A stretch of 64,000 bases of DNA, taken from contig OZ250172.1 of the NCBI GenBank assembly GCA_965237905.1, positions 2,688,001 to 2,752,000 on the forward strand, read 5' to 3'. How positions within the stretch are numbered: the stretch's first letter is position 1; every line of letters starts with the position of its first letter. This DNA is from Nitrospinaceae bacterium. Its GTDB lineage: Bacteria > Nitrospinota > Nitrospinia > Nitrospinales > Nitrospinaceae. A model generated the notes under the pieces. The model did not search any database. It saw nothing but the letters and a program-made list of their open reading frames with translations, and was not told the origin of the DNA. The position numbers and the translations under genes are program-made. Of this stretch, positions 48,873 to 59,939 are shown in pieces.

Positions 48873-51164
48873 TCAGCGGGCGAACAGGTTCTTCCACCCA
48901 CCAAAAAACGCATGTACCTTGTTCCAGAACTCGGCGCTTTTTAGTTTCTGACGGGCTTCCTTCATGCCAGGGTCCAGGCGAAGCGCTTCTTCGTACGAAT
49001 GGATCGCGCCGGCATAGTTGGAATCTGCGGCATAGATCAATCCCAGATTATAATAGCCCGAGGCATAATCCGGTTTCAGCTCGATGGTTTTGCGGATCAT
49101 TTGTTCCGCGTCGCGGTTCTGGTACCGGCGCAGGTAGATGAGACCCAGGTTGTTGTACGCGAACGCGTATTCCAGGTCCAGACGAATCGCTTCCCGGTAT
49201 TCGTTTTCCGCTTTCATGAATTGATGGCTGTTGTCATACAAAAGGCCCAGATTGAAATGAACCTTGGACTCTTCAGGGTTCAACCGGATGGATTCCACAT
49301 ATTCTTTTTCAGCCAACCGGACTTTGTTCATTGATTCATAGAGGATGCCCAGATTGAAGCGGATTTGGGAGTCTTCAGGATTCAGCCGAGCCGCTTCCTT
49401 CAAAGCCGTTTCCGATTCCACATATTGGTCCAGTTTGAGATGCACCAGCCCCAGGTTATTGTACGTATCCGGATCCCCCGGTTTTAATTCCAGCGCCTGC
49501 TGGTATTTCCGCAGGGCTTCTTCCAACTGCTCCCGGCCTTCATACAAGATTCCCAGGTTGAACAGCGCATCGTAGTCCTCCGGGTTCGGGCCCAGGGTCG
49601 TGTGATAGGATTGCTCGGCCTGGTCCAAGTCCTCCAGATGCTCGTAGATCAGCGCCAGGTTGAAGTGGACAATATGATTCTCCGGATTCAAGGTGATGGC
49701 TTTTTGATAGACATTCAATGAAGCTTGATACTTTTCCTGACGATAGTAAATGACGCCCAACTTGATCCAGGCTTCCTCGATTTCCGGATGATGGTAAACC
49801 GTTTTTTGGAATACATTCTCAGCCGGGCCGTATTCTTTTCTTTGAAAATGCAAGTTGCCCAACAGATACAGGGCCTCCGGATTTTCCGGTTCCAGTGTCA
49901 AGGCGGTTTCCAATTCGGCAAAAGCCAGGTCGTATTGCTCCCGGAGGGTGTATAGCTTGGCCAGTTGTGCGTGGCCAAAAACATTTTCGCGGTCCAGTTG
50001 AGTCAATTCCGTGAGGATTTTTTCAGCGTGATCGTATTCTTCCAGCGACTCATACAGGTATCCCAGTTTGGAATACACCTCGCTGTCCATCGGGTCCAGC
50101 CGCAACACTCTGCGAAACGCTTCCAGAGCCAAACGATCCTGATCCTGCGCTTGGTACAACAGGCCCAGATTGTATTGGGCGTTGATGTAATACGGGTCCA
50201 GCTTTAAAGTGGTTTCAAATTCCTCTTCAGCCAGGGCATAATTCTTGAGTTGATAATAAAGCAGGCCCAGATTGTTGTGCGCGGCAGTGTATTTTGGATT
50301 GAGCCGTAACGCTTCCTTGTATTTTTCTTCGGCTTCTTCGAAACGTTTTTGTTCAAAACGCAGATAACCCAAGTGGTTGTGAATTTGGGCGTCGTTCGAC
50401 TTCAAGGATAGAGCCTTTTGGTACTGGTATTCCGCTTCGATGAAGTTTTTCTGGTTGGCCGCAATATTGCCCAGGAAAAAGTGAGCTTCCGCATTTTTGG
50501 GATCGAGCTCCAAAGTCTCTTTATATTTCGCCTCCGCTTTGTCCTGTTCTCCCAGATTGTTGTACAAGTTGGCTAAATCCAGATGCGCGAATACATTTTT
50601 AGGATTGATCTTGATGGCCGAACGGTATTCCCGCTCGGCTTCGAAAAAACGCTCCTGATCGAAATACAGATTACCCAGATTGTAACGGGCCTGTCCGTAA
50701 TCGGGGTCCAGTTGCAACGCTTTCAAATAGGATTGCTCGGCGGCGCAGTAGTTTTCCTGGCAGGCGTACAGGAGACCCAGATTGTGATGGGGAAGGGTGT
50801 ACTCGGGGTCGACTTCAAGCGCCCTCTTGTATTCGGTTTCGGCCTTGTCCCACTGCTTCTGTTCGTAATAAAGGGAACCGAGGTTGTTCCGGGTGCGGGC
50901 GTTATCGGGATCCAGTTCCAGGCTTTTCTGGTAATGATACTCCGCGTCGGAAATACGCTTCTGCTGGTGGGAAATGGCCCCCAGTCCCAAATGAGCCTCA
51001 GCAGAAAACGAATCATGCTGAAGCGCTTTCTGGTACTCGTGCTCGGCAAGGTCGTACATGGCTTTGCCCAGATAAAAATCGCCGAGGGCGCAAATGGCTT
51101 CTGCATCCCCAGGATTTTGACGAATATCCTGCTTGAACTGTTCTTCCTCTTCCCCGAAGTTCAT
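48873..51164 (-). CDS. Long all-TPR protein (about 20 repeats)
   Basis: Continuous 34-aa periodicity (A..NLG.LY.....A...Y..AL.L.P). Confidence 0.9.
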   Translation of the reverse strand: MNFGEEEEQFKQDIRQNPGDAEAICALGDFYLGKAMYDLAEHEYQKALQHDSFSAEAHLGLGAISHQQKRISDAEYHYQKSLELDPDNARTRNNLGSLYYEQKQWDKAETEYKRALEVDPEYTLPHHNLGLLYACQENYCAAEQSYLKALQLDPDYGQARYNLGNLYFDQERFFEAEREYRSAIKINPKNVFAHLDLANLYNNLGEQDKAEAKYKETLELDPKNAEAHFFLGNIAANQKNFIEAEYQYQKALSLKSNDAQIHNHLGYLRFEQKRFEEAEEKYKEALRLNPKYTAAHNNLGLLYYQLKNYALAEEEFETTLKLDPYYINAQYNLGLLYQAQDQDRLALEAFRRVLRLDPMDSEVYSKLGYLYESLEEYDHAEKILTELTQLDRENVFGHAQLAKLYTLREQYDLAFAELETALTLEPENPEALYLLGNLHFQRKEYGPAENVFQKTVYHHPEIEEAWIKLGVIYYRQEKYQASLNVYQKAITLNPENHIVHFNLALIYEHLEDLDQAEQSYHTTLGPNPEDYDALFNLGILYEGREQLEEALRKYQQALELKPGDPDTYNNLGLVHLKLDQYVESETALKEAARLNPEDSQIRFNLGILYESMNKVRLAEKEYVESIRLNPEESKVHFNLGLLYDNSHQFMKAENEYREAIRLDLEYAFAYNNLGLIYLRRYQNRDAEQMIRKTIELKPDYASGYYNLGLIYAADSNYAGAIHSYEEALRLDPGMKEARQKLKSAEFWNKVHAFFGGWKNLFAR

Positions 51165-51561
51165 ACTGATTTATCCTGACTGTTAATGTATAAATTTAGA
51201 GTAACGCCTAATCCACAATTTTTCCACAACGATTCGATACAATTTTAAAATTAGTTAAAACAATGAGTTATAGGTGAAAATATCGAGTCTTGGAACAAAT
51301 CGGAAGGTGAGAAATACTCATAACGATGAATCCTTAATGGAGGATATGAAGGTTTCAGGTTTGGGTCTTTATAGCAAGTGGGCGCAAATGAGTTAAGTAT
51401 GGAGAGCCATACCTGTTTCTCCATTTTTGGCCGGTTTATCCTTGTAAACGGTCTTGAAATCAGGCTAAAATCAGCCGACTCAAGGACTTATTTTTAAGTG
51501 TTGTCCAAGGCTTGGGAATCACCCGGCCTTGATTTATATTTTTCACGGGAGGATTACCACC

Positions 51562-51954
51562 ATGATGGGTATAGGTTTTCCAGAGTTGATGATCATTCTG
51601 GTCATCATCATGATTATTTTTGGGGCGGGTAAACTGCCGGAAATTGGTAGCGCCTTCGGACGCAGTATCAAGAACTTTAAAACGTCCATGAAAGAGGCGG
51701 AAGAAGCTGAGCAAACCGCTCAGGTTGAAGGGGGAGCCGAGGGACAAGCGCCGGCCGATGAACTTCAACAGGAAAATTTGAGCGATGAGGAAAAAGAACG
51801 TCTGGCCCGCGAAAAGGCTCAGACCGAAGGCGAAGCCAAAGACAAGGCTATGAAGGACCAGGCGGAAGCGTTCACGGCGTCGTTGCCGAGAAAAGGCAGT
51901 TACGATTTTGCCAAGGAACAGGCAGAACAGGCCGAAAAGAACGCTAAGGCATAA
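51562..51954 (+). CDS. tatA: Twin-arginine translocase TatA/E subunit with long charged tail
   Basis: GGGAGG RBS; GIGFPEL..IFGAGKLPEIG..FK. Confidence 0.88.
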   Translation: MMGIGFPELMIILVIIMIIFGAGKLPEIGSAFGRSIKNFKTSMKEAEEAEQTAQVEGGAEGQAPADELQQENLSDEEKERLAREKAQTEGEAKDKAMKDQAEAFTASLPRKGSYDFAKEQAEQAEKNAKA

Positions 51955-52041
51955 AAAAGGGTTAACGCCGATGAGGCGTCGCGCCCTCTGTCAGCATCAG
52001 GTAGTCTTCCCGTATAGAAAGATAAGAGCCCTGACCTTGTA

Positions 52042-52350
52042 TTAGGTCCAGGGCTCTTTTAAATTGTCCTGCGTCCAGACCGACCAGCCGTCGATGTCTT
52101 TGTAAATCCCGTTGGTGTAAAAATTAAACGGATCGAAAAAGCGGATCCCCTGTTCGCGTTCCAATTCAAAATTAACCTGAGCGGCCTGAGCGGGATTATT
52201 CTTGCTCTCTATAAACTGCTTGCCGTCCACCCCGGACAACGTAAAAATCTCATCCATGATGTCCATGGGATAATCTCCAGAATCGACCACCCCCTGAACC
52301 TTGGCCATGATTTGTTCCACCGTCTCCGGAGGCAAATGATGCATTTTCAT
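52042..52350 (-). CDS. Hypothetical protein downstream of nuoN
   Basis: 102 aa with an AAGGA RBS; a hairpin overlaps its stop (52024-52058). Confidence 0.65.
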   Translation of the reverse strand: MKMHHLPPETVEQIMAKVQGVVDSGDYPMDIMDEIFTLSGVDGKQFIESKNNPAQAAQVNFELEREQGIRFFDPFNFYTNGIYKDIDGWSVWTQDNLKEPWT

Positions 52351-52442
52351 AAGTCACTATCCTTCAATAAAGGTGCGTTTCCTGGATTATATAAAAATTT
52401 ACAGAATGATCCAGAGAAATTACTGCCGGAAACAACGGGGGA

Positions 52443-53876
52443 TCAGGGATGAGCAAGAGAGATGACGGGACCCGGGAACAGGCCCAGCTCCACCGTTCCC
52501 AGAACGCCGATGATAATCACCAGCAGGGTGATGGGAGTCAGGGATATTTGGAACTCACCTTTAGGTTCTTTCATGTACATGAAAACGATCACCTTCAGGT
52601 AGTAATAGAAGGAGATAGCGCTGTTCAGCACCGCCAGCACCACCAGAATCACGTAACCCTCGTTCAGCGCCGCCTGGAAGATGTAAAACTTGGCCACAAA
52701 CCCTGCCAGGGGGGGCAGTCCGCCCAGAGAAAGCAGGAATATGGACATGGCCAGGCCCAGTAAGGGAGCCTGGAATCCCAGGCCGGAATAATCTTCAAGC
52801 TCCAGGTTTTCCTTCCCGTCGCGGCCGAGGAGAATAACGATACCGAACGCTCCAAAGGTCATGAAGGAATATGCCAGCATATAAAAGAGCAGGGCGGAAC
52901 TGGCCAACGAGCTTTTGGCGATAATGGCGATCAGGATGTACCCGGCGTGAGAGATGCTGGAATAGGCCAGCAGACGCTTGATATTGGTCTGCATGATGGC
53001 TCCCAAATTGCCCACAAACATGGTGACCACGGCGACGATGCTCAGAAGCATTTCCCAAGTGGGGGCCAGCTCGGGCACGGCAACAGTGAAAACCCGGAAG
53101 AATGCCGCAAAAGCCGCGGCCTTGGGACCCACCGACATAAACGCTGTGACCGGAGTCGGCGCGCCCTGATAGACATCCGGTGTCCACATGTGAAACGGCA
53201 CCGAAGCGACCTTGAACCCGAATCCAGCCACCAGCAACACCACTCCCATCAACAGTAGCGGTTTGGAAAGGGCTTGACCATTGCTTAACGCTTCGGCAAT
53301 GCCGGCCAGTTTGGTGGTGCCTGTGGAACCGTAGAGGAGCGTCATGCCATACAACAGAAATCCCGTCGCAAAGGCACCCAGCAAGAAATATTTCAGAGCC
53401 GCTTCGTTGGACCGGGCATCTCCCCGGCGAATGCCCGCCAGGACATACAGGCATAGGGAGACGATTTCGATACCCAGGAAAATCATGATGAGATCGGTCG
53501 AGGAAGCCAGGATGATCATCCCCACCGTGCAGAACATAATCAGGCTGTAATATTCACCGACGCGGATTTTTTCCCGCCGGTTGTAATCGACTGAAAGCAG
53601 GATGGCCAGAGCCGAACTCAGGCAGAAAATCATCGTAAAGAAAACCGACATGTGGTCGACCACATAACTGCCGCCGAAGGAGGCCACCGGCCAGTCGGTT
53701 TTGGCGAAACTGCTGACTGCCGCCATCAGGAGACCTGTCAGGGCGACGAACACCAGGACGGATTTGTTTTTGCCGATAAACAAATCCATCAGCATCACCA
53801 GCATGGTGAATACACTGAGCACTAGAACAGGTGCCAGGCTGATCAAGTCAATTTCAGGTGCGGCAATCATTTCCAC
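52443..53876 (-). CDS. nuoN: NADH-quinone oxidoreductase subunit N
   Basis: EAALKYF, FKVASVPFHMWTPDVYQGAP and KRLLAYSSISH. Confidence 0.95.
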   Translation of the reverse strand: MEMIAAPEIDLISLAPVLVLSVFTMLVMLMDLFIGKNKSVLVFVALTGLLMAAVSSFAKTDWPVASFGGSYVVDHMSVFFTMIFCLSSALAILLSVDYNRREKIRVGEYYSLIMFCTVGMIILASSTDLIMIFLGIEIVSLCLYVLAGIRRGDARSNEAALKYFLLGAFATGFLLYGMTLLYGSTGTTKLAGIAEALSNGQALSKPLLLMGVVLLVAGFGFKVASVPFHMWTPDVYQGAPTPVTAFMSVGPKAAAFAAFFRVFTVAVPELAPTWEMLLSIVAVVTMFVGNLGAIMQTNIKRLLAYSSISHAGYILIAIIAKSSLASSALLFYMLAYSFMTFGAFGIVILLGRDGKENLELEDYSGLGFQAPLLGLAMSIFLLSLGGLPPLAGFVAKFYIFQAALNEGYVILVVLAVLNSAISFYYYLKVIVFMYMKEPKGEFQISLTPITLLVIIIGVLGTVELGLFPGPVISLAHP

Positions 53877-53893
53877 AACAAATCCTTTTACAG

Positions 53894-55456
53894 TTAATGA
53901 GTCCCGTGTGGGTCGGTTTCGGCTTGCGCCATTTTAATATCAGTTTCCGCTGACGCGTGGTGGTCCTGCGGAGCATGATTGTCTTTCGGTGTGACCTGGG
54001 TGATCAGGTGCTCAATGGACGCGTCAAACGTTTTAGTGAACGGTTTTGGGTAAAACCCGATCCAGAATACGAAGATGATGAGAGGAATCATGGTGCACAA
54101 CTCACGCGGTGTCATATCCTCCAATTTTTCGTTTTCCGGGTTTTTGATTTCCAGAAACATCACACGCTGAAACATCCATAGCATGTAACACGCGGCCAGG
54201 ATGACTCCGCTGGTGGCTAAAATGGCGAAACCCATTTGATTCTGGAAAATCCCCAGAAGGATCAGAAACTCGCCGATGAACCCGTTGGTCCCCGGCAAAC
54301 CCACCGAAGACAGGGTCATAATCATAAAGCATACGGTGAATACGGGAATCACTTTGGCCAACCCGCCGAAATCCGCTATGAGCCGCGTGTGCCGGCGGTC
54401 ATAGATCATGCCGACCAGCAGGAAGAGCGCTCCCGAGGTGATGCCATGATTGATGTTTTGCAATAAAGCGCCCTGCAGTCCGTAATGGTTGAACGCAAAA
54501 ATTCCCAGCATGACGAACCCCAAGTGGCTCACACTGGAATAGGCCACCAATTTTTTGAGATCTTCCTGCATCATCGCGACCAGCGCCCCGTAAATGATAC
54601 TGATCACCGCCAAACTACAGACATAGGGCAGGAATTCAACACTGGCTAAAGGAAACAGCGGCAGGTTGAAGCGGAGAAATCCGTAAGTCCCCATCTTCAG
54701 CAGAACCCCCGCGAGGATGACACTGCCCGCCGTGGGCGCTTCCACGTGAGCGTCCGGCAACCAGGTGTGGAACGGGAACATCGGTACCTTGATGGCGAAC
54801 GCCAGGAAGAATGCGCAAAACAGCCATTTCTGCTGGAGCATATCCAGATTGATCTGCTGGGTGATCAGCATGATATCGGTGGTGAACACGCCGACGGTTT
54901 TATGGAAATGAAAGTAAATCCAGATGATGGCGACCAGCATGAGCAGGGAGCCGACAGCGGTATAAATGAAAAATTTCACCGCCGCGTAAACACGCCGCGG
55001 TCCGCCCCAGACGCCGATGATCAGGTACATCGGAATCAACTGGAATTCCCAGAACATATAGAACAGGAAGAAGTCGAGCGAGATGAAGACCCCGAGCATC
55101 CCCGTGCTGAGGGCCAGCATCGCCATCATGTATTCCCGGACGTGTTTTTTGATTCCGAATGAGGCCAGAATGGCGATGGCGGTCAGCATCGTCGTCATGA
55201 TGTAGAGCAGGAGCGAAATCCCGTCTATGCCCACGTGGTAACTGATTCCCCAGGCGTCGATCCAAGGGACATCCAACGTGAACTGCATCGCCGCGGTGGT
55301 GGTATCGAAATCCGCGTACAGTTGCAGAGACAGCAGAAAGTCCGCCACGGCAACCGTCAGAGCAGTTTGCTTGATCAGTCCTTCCTTCTCTTTAGGAATG
55401 AAAGCCAGTGCCAGGGCACCGATCAGCGGCAGGAATGTCAAAAAAGTTAAAAACAT
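53894..55456 (-). CDS. nuoM: NADH-quinone oxidoreductase subunit M
   Basis: DGIS, FWE, KVPMFPFHTWLPDAHVEAP and KKLVAYSS. Confidence 0.95.
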   Translation of the reverse strand: MFLTFLTFLPLIGALALAFIPKEKEGLIKQTALTVAVADFLLSLQLYADFDTTTAAMQFTLDVPWIDAWGISYHVGIDGISLLLYIMTTMLTAIAILASFGIKKHVREYMMAMLALSTGMLGVFISLDFFLFYMFWEFQLIPMYLIIGVWGGPRRVYAAVKFFIYTAVGSLLMLVAIIWIYFHFHKTVGVFTTDIMLITQQINLDMLQQKWLFCAFFLAFAIKVPMFPFHTWLPDAHVEAPTAGSVILAGVLLKMGTYGFLRFNLPLFPLASVEFLPYVCSLAVISIIYGALVAMMQEDLKKLVAYSSVSHLGFVMLGIFAFNHYGLQGALLQNINHGITSGALFLLVGMIYDRRHTRLIADFGGLAKVIPVFTVCFMIMTLSSVGLPGTNGFIGEFLILLGIFQNQMGFAILATSGVILAACYMLWMFQRVMFLEIKNPENEKLEDMTPRELCTMIPLIIFVFWIGFYPKPFTKTFDASIEHLITQVTPKDNHAPQDHHASAETDIKMAQAETDPHGTH

Positions 55457-55466
55457 TTGTTTTGGC

Positions 55467-57452
55467 TCAGATCTCTATTTGGCTGATAATCACTAAAAAT
55501 ATAAAACCCACCACCATGATCAGGGCGTAGTTGCGGATAAATCCCGATTGAAAGCTACTGGCTATCTTGCTGAACAAGCCGATGACCTTGGCGACACCGT
55601 TGACGGCTCCGTCAACTCCGCGGGCATCCGCCTGCCGCCAAAGCAGGTCGGACCCTTTGATAAGAGGCTTGACGATGGTCTCGTCGACGATCTCATCGAC
55701 ATAGTATTTGTTTTGCACCAAGTCGAATCCCCACTGACCCTTGGCGAGCTTGCCGGGCAGGTCGGGTTGTTTGATGTAGAAAAACCAGGCTGTTAAAATT
55801 CCCAATCCTGCCACGACGACCGAGAAGAACATCAGACCGACTTCCACCCACCATGGATAGTGTTGTGGTTGCGATTGGTGGAGCACCTCCGCGAACGAAG
55901 TGTGATGGCCGTGTTCCGCCAGCATGCGTTCCGAAGCGGCCAGAGCGGTTTCCAAATCGAACGCCAACACCGGGGCCAGCCAGTTGTGCAGGACGTGCCA
56001 GCCATGGATAAGAGGAATTCCCAAAAGTCCCCCGGTCAAGGCCAGGAATGCCAGCACCATCAACGGCGCGGTCATCACCAAGGAAGGTTCATGCGGATGC
56101 ACATGTGGCTCGACGTTGGACGGTCCGTGGAAGGTCATAAACACCAGGCGGAACATATAGAACGCCGTAATAAAGGCGGCGCTGATACCCATACCCCAAT
56201 AGATGACGTTGCCGTCTATCAACGAATGGTACAAGATTTCGTCCTTACTGAAGAATCCCGAGAACGGGACTATCCCTGCGATCGCCAAAGTGGAAACAAA
56301 AAACGTTACGTAAGTGATCGGGAAATGATCTTTCAGCCCGCCCATTTTGCGGATGTCCTGTTCATGATGCATGCCGTGGATGACGCTTCCGGAACCGAGG
56401 AACAGGCAGGCCTTGAAAAAGGCGTGCGTGACCAGGTGGAAAATCGCCGCCGTATAAGCGCCGATGCCGCAGGCCAGGAACATGTATCCGATCTGGCTGA
56501 CGGTGGAGTAGGCCAGCACGCGTTTGATATCGTACTGGCAGGTACCAATGGTCGCGGCGAACAACGCGGTGCCGCCGCCCACCAGAGCGATGATCATCAT
56601 CGTCAACGGGGCCATGTTGAACAGGGCGCTACAACGCACCACCATATAGACACCGGCGGTGACCATGGTCGCGGCATGGATGAGCGCGCTGACCGGGGTC
56701 GGACCTTCCATTGCATCCGGGAGCCAGGTGTAGAGGGGAATCTGCGCCGATTTGCCAGTGGCGCCGATAAACAATGCCAGGGTAATCATCGTGGCCGCCT
56801 CGCCGTCGAAAATCAGAGTGGTCGGGGCGGCGGTCATCACTGTGGTGAAATCGAGGGTCCCAAACATCTTGAAGATGCCGAAAATTCCCAGGAGAAATGC
56901 GAAGTCGCCGATGCGGTTCACCACGAACGCCTTGACGCCGGCGTCGCAAGCGGATTTCTTTTCAAAGTAGTAACCGATCAGGAAGTACGAACAAACGCCC
57001 ACGCCTTCCCAGCCGATGAACATCACCATGAAATTGTTGCCCATGACCAGCACGAGCATGGAGAACAGAAACAGGTTCAGGTAGGCGAAGTAGCGGTAGT
57101 AGCTGTACTCCTCATACATGTATCCGATGGAGTAGATATGGATGATGGATCCGACACCGGTGACGACCATCATCATGACCAGCGAAAGGGGATCGATTTG
57201 GAGGCCGAAATCGACTACGAAGTCGCCTGCCGCAATCCAGGTGAACAGGGATTGTTCGGGGTAGGGGGTTCCTGCCTCATGGAAGAACGTGCTGACCAGC
57301 AGGATCAGCGTCACGACAAACGACAGCACCGGTCCGGCACAGGCTACCCAACTGACCCGGTCTTTACCTATTTTGAGTCCAAAGAAACCGTTGATGATCG
57401 AACCGATCAATGGAAACAACGGGACCAGGAATGCCAGGTTTACAAACGACAT
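55467..57452 (-). CDS. nuoL: NADH-quinone oxidoreductase subunit L
   Basis: GWEGVG, NRIGD, GKSAQIPL.TWLPDAMEGPTPVSALIHAATMV and HAFFKA. Confidence 0.96.
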   Translation of the reverse strand: MSFVNLAFLVPLFPLIGSIINGFFGLKIGKDRVSWVACAGPVLSFVVTLILLVSTFFHEAGTPYPEQSLFTWIAAGDFVVDFGLQIDPLSLVMMMVVTGVGSIIHIYSIGYMYEEYSYYRYFAYLNLFLFSMLVLVMGNNFMVMFIGWEGVGVCSYFLIGYYFEKKSACDAGVKAFVVNRIGDFAFLLGIFGIFKMFGTLDFTTVMTAAPTTLIFDGEAATMITLALFIGATGKSAQIPLYTWLPDAMEGPTPVSALIHAATMVTAGVYMVVRCSALFNMAPLTMMIIALVGGGTALFAATIGTCQYDIKRVLAYSTVSQIGYMFLACGIGAYTAAIFHLVTHAFFKACLFLGSGSVIHGMHHEQDIRKMGGLKDHFPITYVTFFVSTLAIAGIVPFSGFFSKDEILYHSLIDGNVIYWGMGISAAFITAFYMFRLVFMTFHGPSNVEPHVHPHEPSLVMTAPLMVLAFLALTGGLLGIPLIHGWHVLHNWLAPVLAFDLETALAASERMLAEHGHHTSFAEVLHQSQPQHYPWWVEVGLMFFSVVVAGLGILTAWFFYIKQPDLPGKLAKGQWGFDLVQNKYYVDEIVDETIVKPLIKGSDLLWRQADARGVDGAVNGVAKVIGLFSKIASSFQSGFIRNYALIMVVGFIFLVIISQIEI

Positions 57453-57463
57453 CGATTAAATTC

Positions 57464-57766
57464 CTACCACTTCATCAGGTTGATTTCGTCGAGATTTACC
57501 GTCGCCTTGTTGCGGAACAGGGCGATGACAATCGCCAGTCCCACCGAAACTTCCGCCGCGGCGACGCATATGACCATGAAACTGAATATCTGCCCGTCAT
57601 GTTGATTCAAGTAACGGTCAAACGCGATCAAGGAAATATTGACCGCGTTCAACATGATCTCCACGCACATGAACACCACAATGGCGTTACGGCGTATCAA
57701 AAAGCCCAGTACACCGATGGAAAACAGGGTTGCGCTGAAAATCAAGTAATGTGAAAGAGGCACCAT
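57464..57766 (-). CDS. nuoK: NADH-quinone oxidoreductase subunit K
   Basis: RRN, E.MLNA and AAAE..VGLA. Confidence 0.95.
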   Translation of the reverse strand: MVPLSHYLIFSATLFSIGVLGFLIRRNAIVVFMCVEIMLNAVNISLIAFDRYLNQHDGQIFSFMVICVAAAEVSVGLAIVIALFRNKATVNLDEINLMKW

Positions 57767-57771
57767 AATAA

Positions 57772-58278
57772 TTAATCCACCTTGGATTTAGCCAGGACCA
57801 CTGCACCCACCATGGCCGCCAGCAGGAGAATGGAGGCCACTTCGAAGGGCAAAACAAAATCCGTAAACAGGGACGTCCCTACCAGTTCTACCGTTCCAAA
57901 ATTCTCCGGCACGGTGGCGGGGGAATTGAATTCGGAGTCCGCGGTAACATCCACAATCTTATATAAAATCCCGAGCATCAGGACACCCGTCGCACTGGAG
58001 AGCCAAACGTTCCGTTCCCGTACTTTCCAGGCTTTATCGTCGTCTTGCAGGTTAAGAAGCATGATGACGAACATGAACAGAACCATGATGGCTCCGGCAT
58101 AAATGAGGACTTGCAGAATGGCCAGAAAATGCGCCTGCAGAAGGACGAATACGCCCGCCAGACCCAGCATCATGCCGATCAGGCACACGGCGGACCCAAT
58201 GGGGCTTTTGTTAAAAACCACAAAGAGCGCCAGGACCACGCTGACCAGGGCCAGAGGATAAAAAATCAGTAGTTCCAT
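57772..58278 (-). CDS. nuoJ: NADH-quinone oxidoreductase subunit J
   Basis: [13 protein letters not shown] and PFEVAS. Confidence 0.94.
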   Translation of the reverse strand: MELLIFYPLALVSVVLALFVVFNKSPIGSAVCLIGMMLGLAGVFVLLQAHFLAILQVLIYAGAIMVLFMFVIMLLNLQDDDKAWKVRERNVWLSSATGVLMLGILYKIVDVTADSEFNSPATVPENFGTVELVGTSLFTDFVLPFEVASILLLAAMVGAVVLAKSKVD

Positions 58279-58835
58279 TTTCCGTACATCTTTCGGCAGA
58301 ATTCCATGCGGTCCTTCAATTCCGCAACCGGGACCAGCAGTTGTTCCATGTTGTACTTCATTTTTTTGCGGTCGAGCATGGTGATGTCAAACTGGTCGCT
58401 CATATAAATCGCTTCTTCGGGACAGGATTCTTCGCAAAACCCGCAGAAAATGCAGACCGCATAATCAATGGTGAACTCGATCGGATACCGTTCCACTTTG
58501 TTTTGCTTGCCGCTGTTCTCGCCGGGTATGATATCGATGCAATAGGCAGGGCAGGCAATTTCGCACAGTCCGCAGGCCACACAGTTGGGCAGATTATCCT
58601 CATTCAAGGCCAGAACCGGACGCCCCCGATAGGCGATGGGAAACTGCATCGTTTCTTCCGGGTAATAGACGGTAAAAATTTCCCGTTCCTTTTTCTTACC
58701 GAGAAAGAAAGGGACAAATCCAAACATATTTTTAAAGAAATGGCGTGATGTGATCATCATACCCCGGATAATTTCCGGAATATAAGTACGCTCCCACCAG
58801 GTCATTTTTACGTTTCGGTTGACGTAGTAAGCCAT
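58266..58835 (-). CDS. nuoI: NADH-quinone oxidoreductase subunit I
   Basis: CVACGLCEIACP and CIFCGFCEESCP. Confidence 0.93.
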   Translation of the reverse strand: MAYYVNRNVKMTWWERTYIPEIIRGMMITSRHFFKNMFGFVPFFLGKKKEREIFTVYYPEETMQFPIAYRGRPVLALNEDNLPNCVACGLCEIACPAYCIDIIPGENSGKQNKVERYPIEFTIDYAVCIFCGFCEESCPEEAIYMSDQFDITMLDRKKMKYNMEQLLVPVAELKDRMEFCRKMYGKWNY

Positions 58836-58845
58836 AATGCGACTC

Positions 58846-59922
58846 CTATTTCAAAGCCAGGATGACGATCCCCGTTACCACGATATTCACAAGCGATAGC
58901 GGCAATAGAATCTTCCATCCCAGTTTCATGATCTGGTCATAGCGGAACCTTGGAAGGGTCCAGCGAATGACCATTTGCACAAAAATTAACAATGTCACCT
59001 TGCCGAAGAACACCCCGATATGGATGAGCATGACGACCAGATTCGCTCCGCTGTCGCCCAGAAAATCAAACATGGACAGGAGGGTGGCGGTGGTCAGAAA
59101 CGGAATATGCCACGCTCCAAAAAACAGAATGGTCACGATCGCGCCGATCGTCACCATTTCGATGAATTCGGCCATGAAGAACATGCCGAACTTGAGTCCG
59201 CTGTATTCGGTAAAGTATCCCGCAACGAGTTCCGACTCGGCTTCCGGGGCATCGAAAGGGACGCGTTTGTTTTCGGCAATGGACGCTGCGAAAAACATGA
59301 GGAATCCAAGCGGCTGCAAAAAGAACCCCCAACGCCAGAAATTTTCCTGCGCGGCGCCGATTTCGGTCAACTGCATGGAACTGTAGACCATCAAGACCCC
59401 GATGATGGTTAATCCCATCGCCACTTCATAAGAAATCATCTGCGAGGCGGTGCGCATGGCTCCCAGCAGGGACCAGTTGTTGTTGGAACTCCAGCCAGCC
59501 ACGACGTAGCCGTAGGTTGCTAGAGAAGCAATGGCAAACACGAACAGCAGGCCGACGTCGAGATCGGAAATGACCAGGTTTACGTCTTTCCCCCAAAGCG
59601 TATATTGGCCGCCGAACGGGACCACCGCAAAGGTCAAAATGGCCGGGATGAGAGCGATGATGGGAGCCATGGTGTGCAGGGCCCGGTTGGCGCCCTGAGG
59701 AATGAAATCCTCCTTGGTAAACATCTTGAGGGCGTCGGCCAAGATATGAAACAGGCCCAGGGCGGTGAAGCCCATAATGTCGGCACGGTTGGCGCCGATG
59801 CGGTCCTGCATGATGGCGCTCTGCTTCCGTTCCACCCAAGTCAGAACGGGTGCGAAAAAGCCGACGGTAATCGTCAAAATAAAAATGATTTTGACCATCG
59901 TAATGGCCAGGTCAATCCACAT
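58846..59922 (-). CDS. nuoH: NADH-quinone oxidoreductase subunit H
   Basis: ERK..A..QDR.G, ISYE and PFDAPEAESELVAG..TEYSG. Confidence 0.95.
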   Translation of the reverse strand: MWIDLAITMVKIIFILTITVGFFAPVLTWVERKQSAIMQDRIGANRADIMGFTALGLFHILADALKMFTKEDFIPQGANRALHTMAPIIALIPAILTFAVVPFGGQYTLWGKDVNLVISDLDVGLLFVFAIASLATYGYVVAGWSSNNNWSLLGAMRTASQMISYEVAMGLTIIGVLMVYSSMQLTEIGAAQENFWRWGFFLQPLGFLMFFAASIAENKRVPFDAPEAESELVAGYFTEYSGLKFGMFFMAEFIEMVTIGAIVTILFFGAWHIPFLTTATLLSMFDFLGDSGANLVVMLIHIGVFFGKVTLLIFVQMVIRWTLPRFRYDQIMKLGWKILLPLSLVNIVVTGIVILALK

Positions 59923-59939
59923 GATATGTTATCCGAGTT

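Noticed and set aside
55860..57605. 581-aa plus-strand ORF
   Set aside because: Antisense shadow of nuoL/nuoK caused by codon bias; no recognisable motifs.
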